Origin: Gracilinanus agilis | Lineage: Eukaryota | Length of the DNA stretch: 64,000 bases | Direction: 5' to 3' | Assembly: GCF_016433145.1 (NCBI RefSeq) | Contig: NC_058134.1 | Coordinates: forward strand, 124,559,305-124,623,304 | Shown: piece by piece, positions 37,502 to 54,980 of the stretch | Layout: each line of letters opens with the position of its first letter | How positions within the stretch are numbered: position 1 is the first letter of the stretch | The notes under the pieces: generated by a model | The model's input: the letters and a program-made list of their open reading frames with translations, nothing else | Database searches by the model: none | Told to the model about the DNA's origin: nothing | Program-made: the position numbers and the translations under genes

Positions 37502-38624
37502 GAGAAACTGTAGGCAGGAGAGTGAGTTGGGAGGGTCAGAGGCAGAACTAGCTCAAATGACTATGCAACAGGATGCTAACATTTAGAAGGCTCTGGGAGC
37601 ACTTCCAGTCCTCCAGCTAGTGGAAACAACTGAGCTCAGCACCTAGTTAGTAAGAATAATTCGTTAATATTTGGAAACTACTAGATGGCCTGCTAGCCAC
37701 CAATACCCCAGTAGAAGTCTTCACTGGCCTGCTGTCTGCTCCCCAATCCTTTCCTCCCTACCCCCAGGCAGCACTTGAAGACCAGTATAGTTCCGTGATA
37801 CTTGTCCTAGGCGACTTGCACTTACGCTGTTTGCTTTCGGTGTAAAAATTGGTCATTAAATATACTTGGTGGGAAGGGAGCGATGGGAGAATATGAGGTA
37901 GAAATGTGGAATCCTTTTCTTTGGGAGGCAGAGAATCCAATTCGTGCCTCTGTTTCATGCCATTCAACCTCTGACACCCATGAGTTACTGTGATTCTTCA
38001 CATAAGAGTCTATTGGGGATTTCTGGATCCTTTCATTCCCTTTACTCCCTTTTAAGGTGTCACATACCCCTTCTCCCTACCCCCTGTAAATATTCTTCCC
38101 TTGAGACCCCATAATCGTTCATTCTAGCCTGAGGCTCTGGAAATCTCTCCTTTGTGATGTCACAGTACCTCTGTGCTGACGCTCTAGGGGCCGAGGGTGA
38201 GGAGAGCATCCCTGGCAAAGAGAGGCAACAAGAAGACTGGAAGTAAGTCATGGACCTTGTCAAAGGTGTGTGAGATTCTGATAAGGTAAGATTGGGTTGG
38301 AGCTAGAGACACCACAGGCACAAGGTAGAAAGGACTCAGGAATGTCAGTGACAGAGGCAAGCGAAAGGGGTGAGATCTAGGGCAGGCGAGAGGGTGCCAA
38401 CATCCCCCCCAACCAGGGGCGTGTGGCCATTTGAGCATCAGAGTTGTGATACCCCACTCACCCCAGTGATGGCTGGTTACCTGTCTCCTGCCCAAGCCTT
38501 TAGCTATAGCAGTGATTTTATTTCCATAGTTCCCAGCTGTTAGATACGTGCCAGCCCAGCTGATAAGGCCAACCTTCTGGTCCTTTGTCGAGGACCCTCG
38601 AAGCAGACACTCCTCCTCCTCCAT
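31601..38624 (-). CDS. FSCN3: Fascin-3 (testis fascin), 500 aa, 6 coding exons
   Basis: Exons 38481-38624 (MEEEE...GLGRRQ), 35641-36343, 35166-35284, 33607-33766, 33301-33471, 31601-31806. Total 1503 nt = 500 aa + TAG, no stops. Motifs VGLISWAGTYLT, SAYHMWTPRP, LRGRYGYVG, GTFRPWGKFALNFC and terminal CLWEF match FSCN3. Intron 2 donor is GC. Confidence 0.97.
33875..34040. mobile_element. Old hAT-Charlie-type MITE fragment
   Basis: GGGGTTCTTAACCTTTTT...AAAATAAAATAC terminus. Related pieces at 47335-47445 and 56250-56410. Confidence 0.55.
37448..37498. repeat. (GT)25 microsatellite in FSCN3 intron 1
   Basis: Read directly. (TA)n-rich tracts also at about 5988-6031, 54088-54151, 59078-59110 and 60505-60550. 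Confidence 0.98.
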
Positions 38625-40261
38625 GGGGCTGGTGTCACACTTGATGACTGTCCTACCCAGCCTAGATCTAGCATGCACCTGCAGGCCATAGGGCCAGGAA
38701 CAAGGCCCAGGATCTGTTAATAAGGGGAACCTAGAGGGGAAACTTTCTGGGCGAGTGCCCTCCCCTCTGGACCTAGCCACCTCTGTGACCCGTAGGCATT
38801 ATGACCATAAAGGTTGCCTCCTTTCCCTAGAGGTTTGCCTGCCATCCCCTCATAGTGGGACAAAGACATAGCCCCAATCCTTCACTAATATGCCATCCAT
38901 ATTTGTCAAACTGCCACTCCAGAGTGAATAAGAACCCAGGACTCATGGCAGTCTCCTATATTCTGAGCCTACACAGAGAGTCAGGCTGGACCTAAGACTG
39001 AAAACTACAAACTTTTTGACTCTTCTATGACCAACCTGTGACTTTGGGGAAGTCCTCTTTACGTGTCTTCGTTTCTTTCCTTGTTAAACAGAAGACACTC
39101 TCAATCCCTATTCAGGAGTATGAGGTTCCCTTAGGATTGAGAGATCCTTCTAGCCTAAGAATGTGTGGAGGAAAAAACCTATGAGAATATTGAATTCTTT
39201 GAGCAAAGGGGGCTGAGTTTCAGGTAGGAATGATGTGAGGATTCATGACTACACTAAGGAAACTGACATAGAAATATAGATGGTACAGGTTATCCCTCTG
39301 CTCTTTAAATTCCCAGCTATACCCCCTTCCTATTTTTGCATTATTTGTGACCAGTGATATATAGTGAGAAAGAAATTGAAGAACAAGAAAGCAATAGATG
39401 TTCCAGACATTTGATCCCCAGGAATGCTGTTCCCACAGTACAAGCATTAAGCAAAGAAGGGTCCTCATATGGGTAATTATGGCTCCCACCATGAGCAAGA
39501 TGAAGCTACATGAACCACAAAGAAGATAAAGAACATAGCTGAAGCCCTGAGGAAATTAACTGATGGGATGGGGGAAGAAACAGATAAAGTAGGTCATTTA
39601 AAGAGAAATGGTGGAGGATTTCTTAGATTCTTGGCTGGTGGTTCAAAGGAGATTAAAAACTATTAGCCATATTAGAGGAGAAGTTAAAGCATCATCTTCT
39701 TTAAATCGAGTTTTTCCTTTCTCTCCCAGCCAGGGGACCTCCTCAGTGGGGAGAGGGCCCAAGTAGCACAGGGTGAGGACAGAGCATTTCTTAGGCTCAA
39801 AGATGTGCTCTTCCAGCAGAGATCAGCCATAACACAATGGAGCAATAGAGTCCCTGCTGAGAGGCAGCTCAGTCCCTAAAATAGGGACAGGATTGCTTTC
39901 ACAGGCACAGTGACTTACACAGAGCAGAAGCTGGAAGGTGGTGGCCCTTTGCTCTAGTCTCAGGCACAAATATTTAGGAGAGGCAAAGCCAAGCAGCCAA
40001 GATTAGCTAAGAAAAAGCCTCCTTAACCCACAGCATTTCCTAAACCAGTTGCCTCTCTGCTCTCAGCATCCCCATCGCCCTCCCAGACAATACTTCCACT
40101 AGTGACTCACTGGGATGGAAGACTTTCAGGTTTATAAAGTGCATTCCTCACCAAAAAAGTCTTCCTAGGTACTTAAGGAATGGTAGGTACTCTGCAAAAA
40201 AGATAAGGATTGTCCCTGCTGTAGAGATGAAGGCAACCACAAGGCTACAAACCACAGCAAA

Positions 40262-40267
40262 TTTATT
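40262..40267 (-). terminator. Probable ARF5 polyadenylation signal AATAAA
   Basis: TTTATT on the + strand, about 410 nt downstream of the ARF5 stop. Confidence 0.6.
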
Positions 40268-40679
40268 ATTCAATATCCAGCACTGAATCACAGCACCAGT
40301 CTGGTCCCCCTCCCCACTTACCCCAAAGAAGGGCACCCAAAAGAATGAAATCAAATGTCAACCCATTTTCTTTTCTGGAAGGCCTTGGTTCTTGCAGCTG
40401 CTTCCATAGTTCCTACGGATGCAGAAGATAAACCCCTTCTCCCGTCCCTCCCCCAGGACCCAGAGGGCTAGTCTTTCTGGTCCTGGTAAGAGAGAACATG
40501 CAGGCAAGAACAGCTGTAAGAGTGTATATGAGCGTGAGTGTGAGTGTGTGTGTAAGAAGGGGGAGGTGGGTAGGAGAGGGGAATGCTGCCTCAGGAGTCC
40601 TCAAGAGTCCAATTGTCCAAGAGACATGACCTGGCAATTTTCTTCCAGTAGGGGTCTTGCCCTTTTCCATTAGGGGTAG

Positions 40680-44703
<4,024 letters not shown>

Positions 44704-47439
44704 GGCTGGGCCGGGGAGGGAGGAGCGGGGAACGGGGAGCCGGGAGCCGGGAACCGGCAGGTTGCTGGGGGGGAAGAAGAACGGCGGCAGCAGGAACCGG
44801 AGCCGCCTCCGCGCTTACAGGAGCAGCGTGACGTCACCAAAGAGCTCCGCCCCCGGCCTGGACACGCCCCTGTTCCGCGCACCTTAAAGAGCTTAGAAGC
44901 CAAGCTCCTCTTTTTACTGATGAGGAAACTGAGGCCTGGAGGGGAAGTGACTTGCTGGAAGTTACCAGTTTAGTAACTAGCACAGACGGGGTTCGAACCC
45001 TGGTCTTCTGACTCCAGATCACTTCTTTCCATCAGGAGAAAGTGAAACGCGGAAGGAAGGCTCCGGAAGAAACCTGGGGCGTTCAGGCCTAGGCTATCTG
45101 GGACGCTATATTTTTGTGTTTGTGGCAAGTGAGAGGAAGAAGTTGGGGGTGACTACCAAATTCTCTCAGCATCTCAAGAATATTGTCCCAGAGCCAAGAT
45201 CTACTGCAACAGCTGAATGACTTCTCTTCCTCATGCCTGCTAGAGCACCCCAAGATTCAGTGTAGCCCACTCTTTAACAAACTCTTGCTTCCATTCTTTC
45301 CCAGTGCCACTGCAAAGTAAGGAATGAATTTATGGACACAGTCGTTATTTTCAGGTATCACAACTGTCATACAATAACCACTAAAGATAAAAGATAGGTG
45401 AAGCATGTGCTAAGTGCTTTAAAATGTTCCACGAACTGGGCTAAGTGCTAGGAATATGAATACAAGCCAGATAGTCCCTGCTTTCAAGGAGGTGGATTTA
45501 TTCTGGGAACCCTAATGTCTCCTAATGTCCACATGTAATTTCTCCCCTTTTTCCCACCATGTAAGTATGTGATTATTTAAAAAAGAAATTTCATCTTGCA
45601 CTTTGTATACCTGAGGCTAGGCACATAGTAATTTAATGCTTGCATTAAATTGACTGCCAGGATAAAGGGAAAGCACAAGATAGGTTTTAGATCATAATCT
45701 AGGGGAAAAGAACATATTCAAGTCCAGATGCAATTCCCAGATGTGCTGCTTCCTTTCATCTCATAAAAATACACCCTAAGCAAAAGGACTTTTGAGTTGG
45801 AAGGCTTATAAGAAATCATCTAGTTCTCTTTTTTTTTTTTTTATTTTTTTTTATATTTTTTTTAAACCCTTAACTTCTGTGCATTGACTCATAGGTGGAA
45901 GAGTGGTAAGGGTAGGCAATGGGGGTCAAATGACTTGCCTAGGGTCACACAGCTGGGAAGTGTCTGAGGCTGAATTTGAAATAGGACCTCCCGTCTCTAG
46001 GCCTGGCTCTCAATCCACTGAGCTACCCAGCTGCCCCACTAGTTCTCTCATTTTGCAAATGAGGAAACTTAAGATGAAGAGAAGGTGACTTGTCCAAGAT
46101 TACACAAGTAGAAAGATATGAGAGGAGAGCTTTCAGTTCAGTCTTAGACTCACAAATTCAGGATTCTCTTCCATTACAGAGGAAACACTAGACTTCAGTA
46201 TCAATAAACGCTGAATTGAATGAAACTAGAGGTGTGTGGATGGCCAATTTGTAGATTTATAACAGATGACTTTCAAGAGCCACCTGACTATGATGGCTTC
46301 AGCTTTCTGAAATTTAGGGATTTGTGGAAATAACTATTATTTATAGTGCTTCAAGGTTTGCAAAGGGCATTGCAAATTTTTCTGATCCTCACAACAACCT
46401 TGTGAGGTAGGTACTATTATCAACATTTTTAGATGAGAAATAAGGCAAAGATTAAATGACTTGTCCAGGGTCACATAGCAGAAGTAGGGAGCACAGGCCC
46501 CTCACTACTTATCTCCAAACTTTCCAAAGGAGGAAGGGATATTCTTCAAGCACTACAAACCTTTTAAACAATACCAGCATTTATGTAGCGCTTTAACTTT
46601 TGCAGTGTATTTTACAAATACCTCATTCTAGTTTTACAAAAACCCTGGAAGGTAGGTACTATTATTATCATCCCCCTCTTATAGATAAGAAATTGAGATG
46701 GGAATCGATTTGGAAATTTTTTCTTTATAAGAAACAGTCTTCTGTTAGAAAGAATAGATTTATAGCACCCCCCCCTCCCCGCCCCCCCCCCCCCATCAAA
46801 CCCCTACAACAAACATGCTCTAGTCCCAGTTCTACTACTTTTAATACCTCTTTAACTTTGGGTAGAAAGACAGTGGATTCAAGCCGAGCCTTGTCCCACA
46901 CTAGCAAGGCAACTCAAAGGAATCACTTAATCTCCTAGTGCCCAAGGTATTCTCCAAGGGTAGGTATAAAGTGTTGATTTGCCTAAGAAAAAGGTATTCT
47001 TCTTCATGAGTTTCATACACCAGTGAAATCACAGGTCTGTTTCCTCCCACTCCCTTTCCCCCCCAACCCATTGGGAATTTCATTTTTTCATTTCCAGTCC
47101 TCAGTTTTCTTAGCTGTAAATTCAGGGGGTCAAATTTAGAAGTTTTCTGTTTTCCCTCAGTTCTAAAATCCTCTGTTCCTAGGAGGCGTTGCCACAAACA
47201 TGCAATGCTGCTGCTGGTTTAAAACAAGAGTTAGTTCTTAATCTGAAATCTACTGACCCTGGAGGGAGTCAGAGAATCTTGGATGAAGAAAAATTACATC
47301 TTTATTTTCACTAACCTTTGGTTTCCTTTGTGATCCGGTGTATTTTAATTTACGCATTAAAAAAAAAAGTTATTCTGGTAAGGGGTCCAACGGCCTTCAT
47401 TAGACTGCCTAAGGGATCCAAGACCCAAAAGCGGTTAAA

Positions 47440-48150
47440 AAACTGGTGTTCATACGCTGGGCAGGGACGAATCCATTCCCTCTGTAGCAGTCAAGTATAT
47501 ACAGGCCTCTATATTCATTTCCCCAAGATTCGCCACCCGCAAGAAGAAACCCCGAGGAAGCAGACGCCAGCAGGACAAGAAGCAACTGCAGGAATGTAGT
47601 TCGATTTCATGGCCCCTCCCAACAAGGTTACAGAGGCCCCGCCCCCACCACCCATGGCCCGCCCCTTTCCCTCTAAGTCCCGCCTCTGCTCCCCGAACTC
47701 ACGCCTATTCTGAATGCCCACCTGCATTTCCGGCGGACCCGGAAGTGTTGTTGGCAACTAACTGAAGTGGTTACTGAGTTGGGTTCGGAGCTGGAACCGG
47801 TCGATCCGAGATTGGGGGGAAAGGGAAAGAGGGACTCCGCGGCGTTTGCTACCTTCGTCAGTCGTCCCACTAGCCCTCGGGGGCCGCGGCCAGGAAAGCT
47901 CTCTAGATGGCCGCCTTGGCGGCGGAGATCCCTCAGCAGGAGCGGGCGTGAGATCGGAGCCCTCCAGTCCCCTTCCTCCCCTCCCTCCCCCCCACCCCCG
48001 AATCCAGGAGCAGTGACGTCACGGAGCAGCCCTAGTAATGGAGAAGTTTGGCATGAACTTCGGCGGGGGTCCTAGCAAGAAGGACCTGTTGGAGACCATA
48101 GAGACTCAGAAGAAGCAGCTTCTCCAGTACCAGGTCCGCCTCAAAGATGT
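47440..48150 (+). promoter_or_regulatory. GCC1 CpG island/promoter: GC boxes, ETS site CCGGAAGTG (47739-47747), RFX-like GTTGTTGGCAAC (47747-47758), CRE (48014-48021)
   Basis: CpG-rich stretch upstream of the GCC1 ATG; motifs read directly from the sequence. Confidence 0.85.
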
Positions 48151-51100
48151 CGTTCGGGCCTATAAGAGCCTGCTGAAGGAGAAAGAGGCCTTGGAGGCCA
48201 GCCTCAAGGTTCTCTCTGCGTCTCAGGAGGCCGATGATGCCGGCCTCCCTTCTGTCCAGTCCCCAGGCCTCCCCTTGGCTGAGGCTGTTGATGACCGGTG
48301 CTCCACTCACAGTGAGGACAGCACTGGCACTGCCACCAGTCTGGACACAACTGCCAGTCTGACCAGTACCAAGGGTGATATTGGGGTGGAAGAGGAGAGA
48401 CTGGCAATTGGTCCACCACCTCCAAAGTCTGAGGAAACCAGTGGGTCAGAGAGTGGCATTAGTTCCAGTAGTGGAGATGTGCCAGCTAGCGGTGGGGGGG
48501 AGATGGACAAACGGTTACACCAGCTGAAGACTCAGTTGGCCACGCTGACCAGCTCTTTGGCCACGGTGACACAAGAGAAGTCCCGCATGGAAGCCTCATA
48601 CCAGGCTGATAAAAAGAAGATGAAACAAGATTTGGAGGATGCCAGCAGAAAGGCTGAGGAAGAAAAGAGCCGGCTGGAGGGAGAGCTAAAGGGGCTGCAG
48701 GAGCAGATGGCAGAAACTAAAGCCAGGTTGATCACACAGCAGCATGACAGAGCCCAAGAGCAGAGTGATCATGCTTTGATGCTGCGTGAGCTGCAGAAAT
48801 TGCTTCAAGGAGAGAGGACCTTAAGGCAGGATATTGAGCTACAGCTGGAAGAGACCCGGGAAGCCTTGGCTGGACAGGCCTATTCAGCTAACCAGGTGGA
48901 AGGGTTAGAATTACAGATCAAACAGTTGACTGGTGAAGTGGAGGAACTGAAGCATGAGCTGCAGGCTCTTCGAGAGGAGAAGAGTCAGCCAGACCCTCGG
49001 CTGGAGGAGCTTCAGGAAGAAGCTGCCCACATTAAAAGCCATTTCCAGGCCCTTTTGCAGCAGGAAATGAGGAAGGTAATTCTCCTTATCTGATTCAAAT
49101 CTATAGTTACTTAATTTGAGACTAAAAATATTAGATTTTTTCTTCTTTGCAAGCAGTCCACTGTAGTTGGAAGAAGCACTAAATTTGTAATGAGGAGACC
49201 TGAAATCAAATCCTCATTGTACCACTTACCAGCTTCGTATCTTTAAGCAAGTTGCTTTAAGTTTAAGAACTCAGTATTCTCTTCTGTATAATGAGGGGTT
49301 TGGGCCAAATTTACCTCTAGGGTCTCTTTGTGCTGTCATTTCCTATATTCGTGTGTTTGCACACTTGCATGCTTAGCCAAAATTTCTCATGTACAATCAA
49401 GTGGAAAATCCTGGTCTACTTGGTGTTTACAAAAATTACAGAGCATACTTCTAAGGGGATGTGTTTGTGGGTGCTGTCTGGAATGAAGTTGGAGGGCTCT
49501 CAGATTCTGGGCATTGACTTCTTAACAGCTGTGTTTAGGAAAACAGTGAAGTTCTGTATTCTTTGTGTGTGGTTGATATTTTTTCAGAAGGAGGCAGTTT
49601 CCTTCCATTGTTGTCAATCAGGACTTGTTTTGGAGATGAATGTGCTATCCCAGAATCCTTTTTTGGATTTTATGAGGGTCCCTATTCAGTTCTGACCTTT
49701 CTAGGCAGTTTCTGATTAGGGTTGAGGGACAATAAATGACAGATTGAGTGACAGACATAATATGCTAGACATATAACAAACATGTAGGAACTAAAAAGTA
49801 GAAGAGCACAATGTGAAGGAACACTCAACAAATGTTCCGTCCTATCATGTGCTAAGGCGCTGTGCCAGGCCCTGGGGTTACAAAAGGAAAAAAATAACAT
49901 TCCATTTCTCAAGGAACTTACATTCTCCTGGGAAGCAGATGGAAGAAACAATACATGTACACAGATAAATGTGATACAAGATTGTGTTTGAGGAGGGAAA
50001 AGGAAAGGTCTAGATTAAGTGATGTAGGAAAATTTGAGAAAGGAGAGAAAGTTTAAATCCAGGTAGATCAGGGAAGGATTCATGGAAAAGGAATCACCTT
50101 CAGCTTCCTGAACTGAAGGTGATGCTACTCAGGAAAAAAAAAATTATAGTGCTTTTTGTTTTGACTTGATATCCAGTAATGGTATTGGTGTCCATGTGAT
50201 TTTTGACATGTCTCAAAAAATGAGCTTAATCATCATTTGGTTTGGCAAGATAATTCGTAGTTTTCAGGGAGTGAGGGCAAACTTGCAGAATGGGAGTAGA
50301 TAACAGTAATTTTTATTGGTACCTGAATCAATGAAAAAGTTCTCTAAAAGTTCTTCCCAATCCTGCCAGTTGCATCCTGTTTATATGCCCCACTGTCTTC
50401 CCTTCCTTTCCTAGAATCAGGTACCAGCTCTGTTCTCTCCTAATTCATCCTTGTTCATTTCCTTGGTTTTTAGACTGCTTTGGCAGAGGAGCAGCTTCTT
50501 CAGTATTCTAAGATGGAGGAACAGAGGGTGGCTGCCCTAGAGAACCAAGTCTCAGAAGTGTCTGAGTTGCTGGGCACCTATGAGAAAGCTAAGCAGAAGG
50601 ACCAGCTGGCCATTCAAAAGCTAAAGGATCGCCTTTTACAGTTGGATATGGAGAATAAGACACTTGCTCTTGCAGCCTCTAGTCGTTCTCCCCTGGACAG
50701 CCACAATGAGGAAACCAGCCTGGATGTCAATGTACTAAAGGATAAAATGGAGAAACTGAGAAGGCTGATACAGATTGCAGCCAGGAAGAGCCAGGTGTCT
50801 CTGAATATGGAAAAATTGTGTGATATAGAGATGCTGACAAACTCAGATGCTGCTGATGGGGAAAAGGCTACTGCACTCTACTACCAGCAAGAGCTAAAGC
50901 AGCTCAAAGAGGAGTTTGAAAGGTACAAAATGAGGGCCCAAGTTGTCCTCAAGAGCAAGACAACCAAAGATGGCAACCTAGCCAAGGAACTGGAGGAAAG
51001 CCAGGAGCAGCTTGCAGAGCTGAAGGAGAAGTACATTTCCCTTCGACTGTCCTGTGAAGAGCTGGAACGGCAACATCAACAAGAGGCAGAGAGTTGGAAG

Positions 51101-51766
51101 CAGGAGTTGGCTCAACTACAGCAGGCCCATCGACAGGAGCTGGAGAAAAGCCAGCTTGATTTCAGGGACCGGACACTGAAACTTGAAGAAGAGCTACACA
51201 AACAGAGGGATCGTGCTCTAGCAGTGCTTGCTGAAAAGGACTTGGAACTAGAGCAGCTCCGTTCTGTGGCTTTGTGTTCTGGGCTGCAGGGACACAAGGC
51301 CTCAGTGAGCCAAGGGGGTACTGGAGATCTAAGTGACTCAACTCCAGACAGTTTGACCCAAGCTCTGCACTTGGCTGCATCAAACGAACCCACTTTCTTC
51401 TTGTATGCTGAACAGTTGGCTCGAAAGGAGGTTGAGATAACTTCCTTGAGGAAACAAAAGCATAAGCTTGAAGTGGAGGTACACCAACTTCAGGACAGGC
51501 TAATTGTGGAGGGTGAACAGCACCGAGAACAAGTCTCTGCTCTACAGAGCCACATTGAAAAAAGCATCAGAGACCAAAGCAGGGAGGGGGCCAATCTGGA
51601 GTACTTAAAAAATATAATCTACCGTTTCTTAACTCTTTCTGACTCTTTGGGTCGCCAGCAGACACTTACAGCTATATTGACTATATTGCATTTCAGCCCA
51701 GAGGAGAAACAAGTAATTATGAAACTCCCAACTAGTAGTATTTGGTGGCCTTCTGGCAAGAGATAA
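48038..51766 (+). CDS. GCC1: GRIP and coiled-coil domain-containing protein 1 (golgin GCC88), 776 aa, 2 coding exons
   Basis: Exon 48038-49075 (MEKFGMNFGGGPSKKDLLETIE...EMRK|gtaat) and exon 50474-51766 (tag|TALAEEQ...). Long coiled coils; C-terminal GRIP domain ANLEYLKNIIYRFL...LTILHFSPEEK; ends WWPSGKR*. Confidence 0.98.
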
Positions 51767-51992
51767 AATTCTTGGTCTTTCCTATTTCTGAACCGTTTTT
51801 TATCCCAGGGTTAGTTCTGATACTTTAACCTCTTCTCTTAAAAGTATCATTTCTGTCTTTCCCATACTGGGCTGGGATAGATGACTGCCTAATGCTTCTG
51901 GGCCCTGCTGGTGCTGCTGTATTGTGAGAGCAATCTCTGCTCATAGGCTTAAGACTGAATGCCAAATTTTGGAAAATACTAAAATTCTCTGA

Positions 51993-51998
51993 AATAAA
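51993..51998 (+). terminator. Possible GCC1 polyadenylation signal AATAAA
   Basis: AATAAA about 230 nt after the stop, followed by GT/T-rich sequence. Confidence 0.5.
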
Positions 51999-52057
51999 AT
52001 GTTGTTATCCTTTGCAAGTTCCCAGAGGTAGTTTTGTTTTGGAACAGATAATAAGTT

Positions 52058-52330
52058 GTTGTTCTTCATTTTTGCAGAGGACCAGTGACATCATGGTGAC
52101 TTTTAAATGAATTGGATTTAATTGAGACAGAATTGCACAAAGTCATTGGCCTCCCTATCTCTTCCAGAGTCATCAGAAGTCCAGTGGCAAGACAAAAGTC
52201 AAGATGACTGTTGATGACTCAGGATGCCATGGATGACTTGGGTGCTTTGATGTCTGACTAAGCTCTCAGAGCTTCATAGCACTTGTTTCAGCCACTGTCA
52301 TGGCTGGAATAAATTGTTCTCATTCACTCC
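52058..52330. mobile_element. RTE-related marsupial SINE fragment
   Basis: GTTGTTCTTCATT...GAGGACCAGTGACATC...GAATTGGATTTAA...GTCCAGTGGCAAGA, typical of marsupial RTE-SINEs. Confidence 0.55.
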
Positions 52331-54084
52331 AAACCTGAAACTTCAGAGAATTTCAGTTTTTATATACTACTTGCTGTTTCTATTTAAGCCCTGTACCTGA
52401 TATAAGAATCTTAGGAAAATATTCATGAGGGTCTAACTGTAAAATGAATTATCCTGTCTTAAAATCATCAGACAGATACTTTAAAAATAATTTCACTTTT
52501 TTCTTTTTCTTTTCCTTTTTTTTTAAACCCTTATCTTCTGTCTTGGAGTCAATACTGTGTATTGGCTCTAAGGCAGAAGAGTGGTAAGGGTGGGCAATGG
52601 GCTCAAGTGACTTGCCCAGAGTCACAAAGCTAGGAAGTGTCTGAGGCCATATTTGAACCTAGGACCTCCTGTGTCTAGGCCTGACTCTCAATCCACTGAG
52701 CCACCCAGCTGCCCCCAATTTCACTTTCTTAATGCAACTTTATATGTAAAATCCTTAGTCCAATTTTGAGAACTTATTACTAAAACATAATCAAAGCCTG
52801 AATTTTCCTCCTAAGTACATTTGGAAGTAATTTATTTACATATGTTTATACTTCGTAGAGAAAACAGTCTAATCCTATTGCCTTCTCAAAATTTGCTGTT
52901 CCATTTGGGGCGTATGGGGTATTCAGAGGGGACTAACATCTTTGAAGTGAGAGCTTGCTGAGTCCTTTTCAAGGCTGTTCATCGACCCTTGGTGTCCATC
53001 TGTTACCCAACTCTCACCTGTGGCTCCAAGAAGCTGTAGCATACACAGCAGCTACACTGGCAAAACCATCTCAGCAGATGGGCTACACCAGGTTGAGGGT
53101 AATTGATAGGCTTCAAATCCACTGGTGAATTTGGGAGCACCTACTTCAAGCATAGGAAGACTTCTCCCAGCAGATAATAAGTTAATTCTACTAGAAAGGT
53201 AATCCAGTATCATTGATGCCTTTAACATGATAAAAATAATGTGAGATGACAAAAATTATGTGTTTCTTCATTTTCAGGGGCAGATGGGATTTTGACTCAA
53301 TCTCCTAGGGTAAGAAATAAGTCTAGAATGGGGATAACGTTCACAGGATTACTTCATTAGATGCATATTTTGCTTATCCAGTCCAAGAATCTTGTGGATT
53401 TAGGATTTTGGGACCTTGCAAAGAATACGTGGGTCCTCATAGGTTTTCCTTTGAAAAGTGGAAGTTGGGAAGGAGGGAGGTGTTATGTATATAGCTCACA
53501 GGATTAAAAGTATGTTAGTTCCTTTTAGCTGAAAGACAAATATCTAAGTCTTTGTCATCAAAAATGAGTGAATGTAGGCAATTAACTCCCTTGGACAGAG
53601 AATTAGCCTTAATACTGAAAATCCCCCCACTAACAACAGTCATTCAGAGGATACAGGAAAGATTCCAGGGTCACAGTCAAGCATTCCTGGAGATAAGTAA
53701 TTTGGGAAACTTTGAAATTATTGGGTCATTCGTGGAACCAAAGGAAAAGAAGAATGAGAGAGACTTCACAGGTATGACAAGGTGCCTAAGGAAAAGGGGG
53801 GGGGGGAGTTGCCAACAAGAACTTTAATTGGTCTCAGCCCAGTTTTACTGTCTTTGGATTCTAACTTCTCGCCTGACACCAGTTTTCTAGCCAAGAACTC
53901 AACTAGTCTTTTAAAAAGTTATTGCTCTGGGGCAGCTGGATGGCTCAGTCGATTGAGAGCCAGGCCTAGAGACAGGAGGTCCTAGGTTCAAATTTGGCCT
54001 CAGATACTTCCTAGCTGTGTGACCCTGGGCAAGTCACTTAACCCCCATTGCCTAGCCCTGTAACAAATAAAATTAATATAGAAG

Positions 54085-54126
<42 letters not shown>

Positions 54127-54189
54127 TATATATATATATACACATATATATAAAAGATATTAGGGTTTAAAAAAATTTAAAAAAAAGTT

Positions 54190-54980
54190 ATTGCTCTCTT
54201 GTTCTTATATCACTTACATTTTCAACTTTATCCCTTGCCTCTTTCTTCCAGAGAGCTATCTATTATAATAATGTAAAAAAAGATGGAATAAAAAATGATT
54301 CATCCAAACTAACCAACTCATCAACCAAATCCAATATAGGATGTAGACTTAAAGCTGAAAAGTATCATAAAGGTAATGGAGCCTGACCCACTCATTTTAC
54401 AGCTGAGGCTTAGAGAGATTAAGTGGTTTGCTTATGGTCATATAGCTAGTGTCAGGCAGGATTTGAGCCCAGGTTCTCCTGATTTCAACTCCAGCACTAT
54501 AATCTCTGCAAAGAAGGGAGGGAGGTGTATTCTCATATTTCAGTCATAATTTCACAGCATTCAATTTCATTTGTTTTCTTTCCTGTTTCTAGTCATTTGG
54601 TATATTTTCTTGGTTCTGCTTAGTTTGAATCAGTTAATGTATTTTCCAATGTTTCTCTATATTGTTCATATTCATCTTTCCTTATAGCAAGTAATATCCT
54701 CTTACATCCATGTAACAACTTGGTTAGTTATTCTCCAATTGATGGGCATCTACTTTGTTTCTAGTTGTTTTTTTTTTGCTATGAAAGTTTAAAATAGCAC
54801 TAAAACTTTTGGGACACCCTATATTTTCATATATGTGGAATATTTCTTTTTTAACGTTGACCTTGTATAAATGTGTAGCAATGGGAACTCTAGGTCAAAA
54901 AGTATGGATATTTTGGACACTTTAAGCATATTCCTAAATTGTTTTCTGAAAGATCAGACCAATTTAAAATTCCATTAGTA
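54190..54980 (-). mobile_element. Old marsupial L1-like 3' fragment
   Basis: Shares motifs with 13706-14263, 27490-27650 and 59975-60760 (e.g. TTGGCCATGTCCAAAA, CCAATTGATGGGCATCTAC). Confidence 0.55.

Noticed and set aside
38625-38780. In-frame 52-codon upstream extension of FSCN3 in the ORF track
   Set aside because: It starts at GTG with no in-frame ATG before 38624, and the 144-nt exon 1 already matches the expected FSCN3 N-terminus.
48032-51393. Minus-strand ORFs overlapping GCC1
   Set aside because: Antisense shadows of coiled-coil codon usage.
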